Source: Octopus bimaculoides
Taxonomy: Eukaryota
Assembly: GCF_001194135.2 (NCBI RefSeq)
Contig: NC_068982.1
Location: 144,162,834-144,226,833, forward strand
Length of the DNA: 64,000 nt
Direction of reading: 5' to 3'
In this document: piece after piece, positions 25,101 through 37,899 of the stretch
Position numbering within the stretch: position 1 is the stretch's first letter
Layout: every line of letters starts with the position of its first letter
Translations under genes and position numbers: made by a program
The notes under the pieces: model-generated
Seen by the model: only the letters and a program-made list of their open reading frames with translations
Told to the model about the DNA's origin: nothing
The model's database searches: none

Positions 25101-28100
25101 CCTTCAGTTACCAATTGATAGCATTTACTTGTCTAATTCTTCATTTCATCTATTGGATCTTCCTTCTTTCTCAACAAAATCTGCTGAAAATACCACAGAA
25201 CGTGATTTCCCCAAAACTGATGAAATTAAGAGTTATCGGTGATGTTGAAAAAGTTGTGCTCTCTTTTCAAAAATTTGGTGACACTGATATCCTTAACCAG
25301 GAAGGAAACAGATCATATATAACTGCATTGTTCTAGTTTATGCATCAATGATCACACTTTTCATCTGGTTGCTGTACTATTCAGTTCTCCACGCTTAATT
25401 TCAAAGACAACAAACTAGCCAGTTTGGTAACAGTCACTTAGTCTTGTCTTTTCCATATCCAAGACAAAAGAACTATCAAAAAGCAACTGCTGCTTCTTAG
25501 ACCTTTATTGTTTGCTACTGTTTTACCATTTATCCATATTATCTTATATATATAATCATTTAACATCCATTTTCCATGCTGGCATGGGTTGGGCAGTTTG
25601 ACAGGAGCTGACAAGTCAGAAGACTGCACCAAGCTCTACTGTCTGCTTTGGCATGGTTTCTACTGCTGGGTGCCCTTCCTAATGCCAAACACTTTACAAA
25701 TACAGATATATCTTCTATATTTCACTTTTGGAATACATTCAATGCTGCAAATGACATTTTAATGAATCCCATTTTATTTTCATTTCATTCATAGTGGTTG
25801 AATATGGTATCTTTTTGCAATAAAAATATTGGCATACAATTGTTTTTTTTTTGTGTGGTGAAAGTAACAGTTTGTTTTTTTAAAAAAGTAAATCCAGAAA
25901 CTCCAGAGATGTCCTTTGCTGAAGCTTTTTTTTTTCTTTTTTTTTTTTTTCAGTATGTAAATTGGTAAAACCATAGATAGACAGATCCATTAAGTAAGGA
26001 TGTTATAATTTCTTAATTTCTATAAACATCTTCATTTCTTCTCCAGGCAGCCCTCTCAGCAGCTAAGTTTGATTAGCTTCTCTTTTGCTCAATGTTTAAA
26101 TAGCTTTGCATTTACTATTACTATTATAATTAAGGCAACAAGTTGGCAGATTCATTAGAACAGGGACAAAATGCTTTAGCAACATTCTGTTTGTGTTTAC
26201 ATTCTGAGTTCAAATTCAGCCAATGTCAACTGAGTCCTTTGAGGCTCAGGGGTTGATTTAATTGACTATACCACCTGCTCCCTTAAAATTTTAGGCCTTG
26301 TGTGCCTATAATGGAAAGGATGATTATTATTATTCATAAATTGCATATTAAAGGTGTACACTTGTGCGTATACATGCTCTGTTTTAAAGGTAGTTTTATT
26401 TCTTAATAGAAAACAATTATTCTTACATGGCTGTCAAGCTGAAGTAGACTTCACTTCTTCCATTCCTTCAGCTAAATATTGAATTGTGTTATCAAAATGA
26501 AGGTTCTGCATTTTATCATCATTGCTAGAAATTCAAGATTACAGATGTGCTATTGTTGGCATGTCAGTTCAGTAAAAGACTAACACTGAAGTTTTTTTTT
26601 TTAAATATTAAATTACCTTCTTCCTGGTACCACTAACATAGCTCACATTTTAATATTCATTTTATAGCTTTTTGTTGTTTTCTTTAAACATTATTTTCTA
26701 TGTAGTATTTATAATAGTCATAACGTTAAAAAAATAAGGCTCAAAATCTATAAAACACAGGAGCTGTGAAGTTTAAATACTAGTCCACTAATTCCAAAGT
26801 TCATTTTAACCATTTGGGTTTTGTCCCTAAGCATAGTGTCTACCACTATTTGCCACAATCTGCCAACCTGATAAATTTATAGGGTACTTGACAATCAGTT
26901 AAGGAGTTGATTGTTCATATACTGTCACTGGCATTGTGTTGTATATGACCAAGACATTTAGCTCTCCAAAGATCCAAATAGTGTCATAGGCTAGGAGAGT
27001 TTCTCATAGTAAGGTTTGGTTACAGTGTTGAGTTTAATATCCCACTGACAGATTCCATATAAAGGAAGTTTTTTTTTTTTTTTTTTTACATGAGGCTAAG
27101 CATCAGATCACTGGTCTATAAAATGATGTGGAGGTACATGGTTAGGGTGTTGGACTTACAATCCTAAGATTGTGGTTTCGATTTCTGGACCAGGTGAGGC
27201 ATTGTGTTCTTGAGCAAAAATCTTTATTCAACTAGTAAAAATGTGTAATCCTGCAACAGACTTGGTATCCCATCCAGTGGGGAATATATGCACCACGGAA
27301 ACCAGCCCTGATTCTATATGCCTCAGGAAGGAACTTTTATCTATCTACAAAAGGATTAACTTCTAAAACTAAAGTTTACATTATGAATTTGATTCATTAA
27401 TAAAATGTACATACAAACAACCATGAAATGCTGAAGTTCATTCCAGCCATGACATTTTGGCATTTTCTCCAATTATTGTGCATACTGGATGACTACATTA
27501 TCCAATGTGTCATCTTTTTTTTTAAAGGTAGAATGGTATGATTTGAGGGAAATTTGTTAGCCACTCCTAGCAAGTTTAGGGACCACAAAGGTCCCTCTTA
27601 TTTACGATCTATTATAGGTTGTAACAGCTCCTTTTTTTGCCTTTATAACTGTCAAACCATTGCTGTAGTTGTTTTACTCACAACAATAATAACAGTCAAA
27701 AGTAACTATTCCATCTGAAATTAAAAAAAAAATAAACAATGCAATATTTGCTTTTAAACATATCTTTTCTTTTGTACATTATGGTAGGGATTGATAGTTC
27801 TTCATAAATTTATACATTCACATAATTGTTGGAACATTTATTTTTCAAAAATCAGATGACCTTTCCACAGCTAATCCTTCAATTGTGAAATAAAAAGGAT
27901 TACTTGCTTGCTGGCATGGTAAACTGAGGTAAGCAAAACTATATTTCTTGCTTAGGTGACAACACACTGGATAGCTGTAGATTTAAGATTTGAACTTAAG
28001 ATCATGTAGTTAGTAGTTTAGCACTTAAACTTCACAGCCATAGTACTGTAATATATTTACTTTTCAAAAATAAAATGTCATATGAAATTACTACAGTTAT

Positions 28101-31100
28101 ATAGACTTAGTAAACTAAATTCAGACTAGATGGTGTTAGTGATTTTTAAGAATTATCTTAAAGTGAAAACGAGGAAATAAGTGGGTTATCTAAGAGGGAG
28201 TTAAAATACAAAGCCATTTTCTGCAAAAAGAAATGTAACATTAGTTTTACCAAAATTTTCAGAAAAACATTACTGTAACAGGATAAATGAAATAAAGGGG
28301 GAATACAAGCTGAAATATTTAGACAGCAAGAAGAATGGAGAAAGATTCAATAAAACTGGAATGTATGGATTTCACTGAATATTTGCATAAAAAATTAAGA
28401 GACGGCATGCATCAGCAATAGAGACATTAGTAATAGAAAAAATAGCACATTTGTAATATAACGATCAAAGAAAATTTCAGAAAAAAGGTCCCATGCAACA
28501 ACAAATGTCATTGGTCCTGACACTTAAAACCATAACAAGGTCTATTTAGCTATGGCAGTAAAGAAGATTAACGGAATGGGGGGTTATGTTTCAACATACA
28601 TGCATACATGCAACAATACCAGTCAGTATCAACTAGTGCAACATGCAAGATTATCACAGCCATTGGCAACTAATGCAACACGCATTAACCAAAGAAACAA
28701 AAAGAAAAAATGACAAAACAAAAATAAAATGATAAATTGTTTATATGAAACAGAATGAAATGCATAAAATGAAAATAAAAGAGAAAGAGAGAGGGTGGGA
28801 GAGACATATGTGTGTGGGTGGGATGAAATAACCTGATGAGTTCATGCTAGTGTTATAACAGAGCAGTCCAACTGGCAACCAAAGGACTGAAGATAGTGCA
28901 GGTTTTGTAATTTTATTGTATCATTTTCCCTACCTTAGTTCAATTCAAATATTCCCATTTGTATGCCTGATTGTAATATTTAAATCAAAAGTATCAAATC
29001 CAGAGAATTTGGTTTCATATCACAGTAATGTACCAAGAGTTGAGACTTTTCATAAGGCTCACTAACAAGAACAGAAATTTTAATTAACATTCCAACTGTT
29101 CCTTTACCAATTAATCGATTAATTGGTATATGTCAGCATTACTCTGATTGTATTTTAAAAAATCTTTTTCTACATTTTATTTCATGAATTCAAATTATGA
29201 GATATCATGAACAATCAATTGGAGCTTTTGTGTGCAGAAGATGCCAAGTTTGAGTAAAGTGCTTAGCTGAGATCTCATTTAATTTTCTTTAAGAAATAAT
29301 AAATAGTTGCATAAAATAAAGTGAAAATAAAGAGTATAACTGCTCAGTAACAACATTATCCAAATCTATAAGATCTAAAAATGAATTAGAACTCAATAAG
29401 GTTTCCTTGCTTCACAATCTGTTCTTTACAGACAGAGTTTTCATTAATATATATATATATGTATTGGACTAGACACAGAGGGTAAATGAGATAATGCAGT
29501 ATGTTTATAGCAGTCATGAGGGCAACATTAACATGAATAAGGTGACTATAACTAGGTTGTAAAACAAGAATTTGAATTAATTTCACTTAGAATTTACTTA
29601 TTGTATATACTAAGCATTTCTTATGACTAGATATAAATCAATTTTCATAAGGATGAAAAAGTAGTTGAAAACTCCAGCAGTATTCAGAATGTAGCAGTAT
29701 AAACTAAACCTCTAAAGCATATATTCTATCAATCAACATTTTTAATAGTTCATAACCCTGTCTTGTATGTAAATACTATTACTAATTAATTTGTGATTTA
29801 TTTTTGTTTTTTAATGTCATAGTCAAGTGAAGAAGGGCAGTGTTTGTGACCCTTTGCAAAATTTCCAATACCAGTTGGAAGTTCTACAACAGGAGACCTG
29901 GTTCAAATGCTTGCGGCAGAATGGACTCCAGTAAAAGTTCCCAAAAGGTCAGATGGTTTGGGGTGATAGACAATGCACATTAAAGCAGTTGCTTTGCAGT
30001 TTCTAACAATAATGCTTCACCAACAGAGACCACCACTCTGAACATTTCTAGTTATTGGCAACACAAATAACCAAGAGATGGTAATTTGGTGCAATATTTT
30101 ACTCCATGATGAAATATTGGTCAAGAGATTTGTAAGACCATTGTTAACAAAATAGCTGGGTTTTTTATTTTTTGTGAATATTTTTTTCTAAGCTATTATA
30201 TAAACATGAACTAGACATACTGAGGATGATTTGAAAATAAACTATATCAACTACAACATGCTACACTTAGACTATTGAGCGATATGTTTCATGCGTTGTC
30301 ATTAGTATGGCTGCCTCCAGAAGATGTGTTACAAAGTTAGATGAAAAAATTTACAACTCTTTTTTGTGAAACAAATGTAAATTAATTTGATGGCTATATT
30401 CAGGTGAGAAATGAAATGTTAATATTTATATTACTGTAGTTATTTCTTTTTAATGGAAAATAGATTAATTTGAATTGTTTTAGAAAATAGATTGATGAAA
30501 TTCAAATATTAAATGAAAACTAATGTTATAAAACTCTATGTATTGTTTAATATGTACAAAGTTAGAGCTAAGTTGGCTTAAGCAGATAGACACTGTCCGT
30601 AATATGTTGTCATATCAGCAGAGAAGTCTTACATCTAAGCAGGTAAGTAAAAATTTACTGTTATCTGAAAAGCGGAAAAAAAAAAAAGAGAAAAGAATGA
30701 AATGAAAAGGCATAACTAAGTAACACTGATGATAAGAACTGGTCAGCTAAAGCAACATGAAGGAAGCTGTGTTGGTTGCAAATTAATACAGCTGATAGAC
30801 AAGTGAAAGAAGAAAGCATAATGAAATGTGTGTGTGTGTGTGTGTGTGTTCATGTTTGTGTGTTTAGGATCAGATTCAATGAATATAAACATTCTGAATA
30901 CAAGAGTATAATTTTATCAACATTTTAATATTAAGGATATTTCATGTTCATCATCTTCTGGCATCAGCCAAAATAGCATTCTTTGAACTCCAGACAGACA
31001 AGTGTTTCTTAGAAGCCAAAAGCTTGCATGTCCACCATTCAACATCGTTATTGCACAGTCAGTCAAATGATATATTTCCCCTTTATTTTGAAAAATTGTT

Positions 31101-31432
31101 AAGTTTTAAGTCAGAAAGAAAATAAATTAAAACAAAAAACAGTGAAGAATAAAAAAAAAATGGTGAAATGAAGGGGGAAGGGAAGAGAGTAACAAAAATA
31201 GATTAAAAAAAAACAATAAAAATAGAATATTTAAAAAAGAATGAAATAAACAATAGTAAAAAAAATGGCTGTATGATGGAACAAAGACAAAACAACGTGG
31301 AATAAGGGGAAATGCAAACACACAGTTGTCAGTAAATTAAGTTTGTCCATTATACTGGTAGGGGAAGGGAAATTTAACCCAAGCTGACCAGGACCAAGCA
31401 CATTTGCCATAGCAACTGGAGCCTTGGCTCAC

Positions 31433-32887
31433 CTGGAGACATTGGTCATGTTAGTTTGGTTGACTGGTGTGTGTGAGCTCGGAGACTGGAGGTCAGGCAC
31501 CACCACAGGCTCACAGGTCATCGGCTGTGGAGGTTTGTAGTGAGCGTGTCGTGTTGTCTGGATTTGATGAGACCGGAATACAGTTCTGGAGACAGATTGT
31601 GAAGAATATTGCACATATGTGCTGCTGCTACTGCTGCTGCTGCTGCTGCTGTTGCTCTGCTGTTGTTGTTGTTGTTGTTGTTGTTGTTGGTGGAAAGATG
31701 ATGTAGTCTGTGAAGTATTTATATCTCCTCTCTTGCTAGCAAACATGCTCACAGGAGAAGAGTTGCCAGAATGCGGTTCAAAGTCTCTCCAATAACTAGG
31801 AAAATGTGAAGGAGTAGATTGTTGTTGTAGGGAATGATGTTGACTAACAAAGGGTGAAGAAGGTGTTGGTTGCATCATGCGTGGAAAAAAGGCCGGAGAC
31901 GAAGGATTCGAGTGCTCGGGTGTGCAAGATCTGTTATAGAAAGAGTCAATAGAAGGCTCTGTTTGGTAAGTGACACCCATCAATTGCCGTTGGTAGCTGT
32001 CCAGCATACGAGCCCGCCGTAGTTTCTCACTGTACTTAAAGAAATCTGAAGTTTCAAAAGGTTTAGAAACTTCAATCTGGGGTTTAATTTTTGTTATTGT
32101 GGTTACCAGTCGGCTGTTTGGGGGAGGAGTTACGATAACTGGGTCCACTTCAGGTTTATCAACAGGTCCTGTATTCCCAGTGATATGTATGACCTGCACT
32201 TCTTGTGCTGGGGGAGATTGGTATTCATATACACGGGGACTATAGGAATGTTCTGTACTTGGAGTGTTTGGTCGATTATCAAGATCGTCATATGACTTTT
32301 GTGGACTGCGGATTATTGGAGATGGCTCTGCCATTTGCGTATCTTCCCACCGATGCTCAGCATGTGTATCAAGGTGACTGTACACTGGCTCAGAAGCCAC
32401 TGAATTATTGTGAATGTCCAAAGAACCTTCAGGAATTTCCTCAATGTAATCGCTATCTGATTCTCTTCTGCTACCATACTTTGAAGAAAACAACTGAGGC
32501 AAAATACTGCCTGGTTTAGGAACTGGTCCTCTTGGTCTCTGTGATATCAGTGAATTGTCAGGACTGCAGTAGTTCTCTTCAATATTTGGTGTAAGAGTCA
32601 TTTGCCTCTGAAATTCTGCTTGAACATATTCATAAGGGTGAATATTGGTTGGGGTTTTCACTTCTCCATTTTCACACTGGGGAGGCCGTTGCCCAGGTGC
32701 TACCTGAGTCATGTTGTTAGCAGAACTGAAACCGCTGTCATGACTGCCATCGAACTTACTACAATCAATTATATCTTCTCGGCCAGATTGTCCAAGGCGA
32801 TTGCTAAATGTAGGATAGCGTTGATTACGATATTGAGTACCAGTGGAATAAACTGAGCTAGGTGTATAGCCACCTGTGAGCTGAGGG
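31433..32887 (-). CDS. FRMD4: FRMD4 large exon, 1455 nt, phase 2-2, Ser/Pro/Gln-rich disordered region
   Basis: The 427-aa ORF 31429..32712 extends 58 codons upstream, with no stop, to ttttatctttttcag|. Donor CAG|gtgagc. GC is higher than in the flanks. Confidence 0.9.
31620..31689 (-). repeat. Coding CAA/CAG/AGC repeat (polyQ then polyS) in the FRMD4 large exon
   Basis: Translates as HQQQQQQQQQQSNSSSSSSSSSS. Confidence 0.95.
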
Positions 32888-35800
32888 CTGAAAAAGATAA
32901 AACAAGAAACACATGCTTCAGGAGAAGGGTAACATAATCAGCCAGGGAGGTGTTTTTTATTTATTTATTAAAAAAAAAATCTAGATTAATATAAGAACAT
33001 AATTTAGGAGGTTATGATTAAGAAAGAACTGAAGACATGTTATGTAATTTCAAATGGTTTAGTTAACTAAGCATGAAACATTGGAAAACTAAATATGGAC
33101 TAGTGGAAAGAAAAAAAAACTTAAGATAATAGAAACAAAATTTTATTTTGGTAAGGAAAAATATATATTAAGGTCACTACTAAGATCAAATAAAAGGGTC
33201 TAATTATGATTTTACAAAATATTAAAGATAACACAATAGGGTAACCATATTTGCAATAATAGTATTAGCTCCTCAAACTTCTATAGACTTATGCAACTGA
33301 AGCTAGCTGATATGAATGCTATTGTGTGTATGTAAGTGTATGTGCAGTATATATCAGAAATTTGATTGTTTCAGATAAGTTGTTTGTTAGCTTAGCTACC
33401 GCAGCAATATCAAAAGTAAAATATTCCTACATAATATGAACAATGAGATGCTTATCAACTGATTAATGAATCCCCTTTAGACATAAATTTAACTTAAAAT
33501 ATATCTAAAACAAGCACCATCCAAGCCATTGAATAAGTGGGCATAAAACACAAATGACACTAACAATGTCAATGGATGAATGAAAGAATGAAATATTAGC
33601 AATATTACCTAACAACAACAACAACAACAAAAATCCATGGTTTACATCCAGCTGGTTTACATTTTCACTTTCAAGTAGATGCCGTGAGATGACCATACCA
33701 ATAATGGAATAAGTCATCTAAAGAACTAAAGAATTTGTTCTCAAAAAATTTAACTATGTTTGGAAACAAGTATATCTATAATTGAGCTACTGGAAATTTA
33801 AGCAGAACAAATTTAGACAGACACTATTTACCAGAATTTAATGTAATTGGCACGTGAGTAACAGTAAATGATATTCTTCAGATAATTTCCAAATGATCAA
33901 GAAAAATTTTTCTTCGCTAAAATCAAATTAAAATGAAATATTCCAACTGTAACAGAAATTATTGATTCTTAGGTTTTAAAATATTTCACTAATCTTTTAC
34001 ATAAATAAAACCTCATTAATGTTAAATAAAAGGAAACATTTACATTTTCAGTACAATACTTTAATCATTCAATGACACTGATTATGAATTATTCAACTAT
34101 TTGTACTAACGAGTTTTATAAAAAAAATTTTTTTAAATTAGAAAGATGAGCTCAACTCACTTTACATACTTATTCCAAAATGGCTTTAGCTTGACAGGCA
34201 TTGTCTGAGTCACCCAAAATAACCCACCAGCCAAGTCAGAGGCTAAACATGATAGTTCTCTTCAAACCATGGTCAAGATCCTGATGCCGAGACTAAAGAT
34301 GTAATCTGATATAGGTGTCCATCATCATGTCTGACACATGGTGTAAGATGTGATCAACAGATCTTCAATTATACTAAGGAGAGAGACCTTGAAAAGGTGA
34401 AGGAGTCACTTGATGGTAATGTTTCAGATATATTTGACTGTTGTTAGCTTAGAAATTTAACTTCAATTAAAGCTTGGATATTTTTGAAAATGCAACCAGA
34501 CACAATTTTTTTTTTTAAATATGCCAAGTGATAAGAAAATTGTCAGATATGGCATATAGAGATGGTGGGTTGCTTGGCAAATAGTCACTACTTCCTCATA
34601 ATGAACTTGGTCGTCAAAAATTGGTGAAATGAAGGAAAAGTATCAACCTTTGAATAGGGGTCTAAGAGGCAAATTATGGATTCAATAAGATATTGTTTTT
34701 GATAACAGCCACACAAGAAAGATGTATGAACTGATAGGTTACGCATTAAAATTCTCATATATCTAACAGAATGTGATCTTAGACAAAGTTTCCCAGTTAT
34801 ACTTCAGAGTTTTGCATTAAAGGAGGAAAATACCTTAAGAATGAATCAACTGTTCCAACAATACACTCAATCTATATTGATACTGATTAAAAAAAAAAGT
34901 GAAAAAGAAAAGAAAAACAAAAAAAGACCCCAAAACATGGCTTCTCTAATATTAAAAAAAAATACGGCTAAACTAACACTGATTAATATAGGTTTCTTAA
35001 CTGAAATTCCTCCAAGGGATTATTTGGGTTAAGTTCAAATGGATTAATACATTATGTTCTAATCATCCAGAAACTATAGGACAATATAAATACTAATTTA
35101 AAATTTTCTATTATTGAATTTAATTAAATGTTAAACAGTCTTGAGTTATTTTGTTTCCTTTACTAAAACAAAGAATTAAAATGTATTATTAAACAATGGA
35201 TCTACCAGTTCATTCTTTATAAGGAGATTTAAACAATATGTTCAAAAGTTGACAAAATTAAAAAGTTGTACATACATACATTCAGCCATACATATATTAG
35301 TAAAGAGATATTTCTAAGATGACACATCAACAAAGATTTATGCTATCTAATAAACACTGTTTTGCAGAGAAACAATAAGGAATGGAAAAGTAGTCAACTT
35401 TAACAACAAAATTTACTAGACATACTGAATACTTTTTACTTTGTGCTACAACTTGCAAACATTCATCTATTTGGAATTATGTAAGTCAGTTTTCAAAAAA
35501 TATTAAACATTAAAAAAAAAATTTTTTAAGCGTTTATGTTAAAATGTATAGAATGATGGGAATATGAATAACATTCATAGAGCATTAGGAGTATTCAAGA
35601 AGACTGACTGGAAAGAAGAGTTGTGTATAAAGTTGTAGAATTTGATATGTTTAAAGATATGTATTTGATTCCAAGGAAGGTGGTAGAAAAGTCACAGAGT
35701 GACAAGTGCTTTGTATGATGTCTGCAGCAGAAAAGGCAATCCGATATCTTCAGATATTTACAATTTAAAAATTACATTTTGTGCTGCATAAAAGTTGGTA

Positions 35801-35929
35801 AGTCATAGAGGTGAATGAAGTTAAAAATAGTAACAGTAAGACTACAGTAAAATCATTAATGTATCATTAGTAAAATTTTGATTGATGAAATTGATTACTG
35901 CTAGTAACAAAGGTTTATCTCTCCAAATG

Positions 35930-36345
35930 AAGGGAAGAAAGAATGTATGCTGCATATGTAGGAAGTGTGTCATATTGCAAGGTAGCAATACATAGGCATT
36001 GAATGTGGAGGATGTGGGAAAGCTGGAAGAAATGAGGTAAGCATAAGTCCACTGGGTTTATAATGTTAGTGTCAATGAACAACAGAGAACAATTGAGCTG
36101 AGAGAAAAGCAGGGTGTAAGAGAAATGAGATACAGTGTGCAAGAGGAGACTGCAATGGTACAGATGTGTGATACATATGGAGAATGACAGTTGGGTAAAA
36201 AACAAAAAAAGTAGGAGGAAGACATAGGAAGAAGTGATGAAAGCTGATCTCAGGGATGTTGAAACTCATGAAGGAGATGGCGAGTAACCTCAACAAATAA
36301 TGAGACACTGTACTGGAGAACACCTGTCTAATCCTTGTAACATGG
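35930..36345 (+). mobile_element. Degraded RTE RT C-terminus and 3' end
   Basis: Purine-rich relic translating in patches to ELREKQGVREMRYSVQE...EEVMKADL, ending ccttgtaacatggaaaa. Similar relics lie at about 4230-4485 (+), 4990-5260 (-) and 47320-47720 (+). Confidence 0.6.
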
Positions 36346-37899
36346 AAAAATATTAGAAGATGAAACGAAAGCTGAAATTGCTTTTCCTATTTTTGAGTGG
36401 TCTATTTTAATACTAAGGCTAAAGTAATGTTGCTTATGCCCAAGTAAAATTTGACTGAGCAAACCTATGATTAAGGACATTAAGAAACTGTAAGTCCCAA
36501 ACTATTTTATTCAATGTCTTTATCAAAGCTGTAGATCAAAGGAGATTTGGCTGACATTTCTAGTAGGCCAAGTGGCTCCCTACTCGACTTAAAGGTTGAG
36601 AAAAGGAACAGAGAGCACACTTAGGAGTTAGAAGGCACTATCCATTACACAAAATAGTGAAAATGAGGTAGAAATTCCTATACAAAAGATAATGGATGAT
36701 ATATTGATTGAAAGAGTGGTCTGAAATGTTATTAGAAGGCACACAACAACTGAAACATGCCGAGAAAGACTGGGGACTAAGGAGTTAGATCAGATTAGAA
36801 AGTAACACTTCACAGATGATGTTTTTGGCAAAACTATTATCCAAACTACGTATTTTACAAATATCAAAAAAGGATAATGATAATAACATTTGAAGAGTTC
36901 TCACAAGACTGTAAACTTTTGAGAGAAATTTTTTAAGCTTTTCATGGTATAAAGATATTAGAAAAAATATAGAATTAACATGTTGAAATCTAACTTGATA
37001 ATCTTAGTTCATCAAGTAATGACCTGTACTTTAAGAAATCAGAAAGCTGAGCAAAAGAAAAGAAATGCAGGGATTATTACACATAGTCTCAATCAATAAT
37101 GAAACTTCAGTATGAATCACAACTGTTGTTAGATTAAAATATTCCTTCAAATAAATCACTGTTGTTTTTAACAATTTCAAAAATATAAAAAGTGTAATAT
37201 CAATGTGGGATAAACTTGATCAGTGATCTAACAAAAGAATTGATGACACTCAATATATCATAGATAAAACAATTGCGAGATGGTAAATGAGGAAAATAAG
37301 AATGAGGGTTCAAGTAATTTTCAGTTTGGATCATGAAAATTTGATTTAATCTTTTGTTCCTCTTATCAAGACTATACATACTAGTTTCTAACTGAAACAG
37401 ATGCTCAAAAACTAAACTACACCTGACATGTCTTGTTGGCAGGTTGTTTTATGCATTTGTTTGGTTGCCTCCATATATTACATTTTCTTGTTCAGAACTG
37501 CTATGAAATACTCAACAACAATAAAAATAATGCTGTAGTATTTTATGTAATGTTCTTATTCAGTGAGATTAAAATATGGATACTGAAGAATTCTATATTT
37601 GTTTCAGTTGTCATTTTTTTTTTTGCAAGTTTCCATTGTACAACTGAGTACAGCTCTACATCTTATACCCGCGCAGTGTTTTCTTTCCTTTTTCACACTG
37701 CATTGTAAACATTACATGTAATAAACATGTTGTGCCTAGTAGCACTATTTTCTATATGTTGTATGTAAATCCTGGGACTTTGGTTGTATATGTCTGCATA
37801 TATTTTAATCATCCACAAGGCACATAGTGTCATAGAAAATCTCTCCATTTTCAATAATCAGATTCTGGTTATCTCTACTTCTCTATTTGGACAGTTTAC

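Noticed and set aside
28828-28860. CTGATGAG with ATAAC/GTTAT flanks as another hammerhead
   Set aside because: No GAAA or stem II/III in the right position.
29800-30050. Minus-strand readings as the FRMD4 last exon (RNVQSGGLCW*, RSPVVELPTG...KKQK*)
   Set aside because: Weak polypyrimidine tracts; a much better terminal exon exists at 13811.
32205-32519. 104-aa + strand ORF (also 31467..31706 and 32602..32856)
   Set aside because: Antisense shadows of the GC-richer FRMD4 large exon; no recognisable motif.
33505-33717. Minus ORF with an acceptor-like ttctttag|ATG and a hydrophobic tract
   Set aside because: Open only in phase 0, while the flanking FRMD4 junctions need phase 2; the Leu run is a (CAA)n microsatellite.
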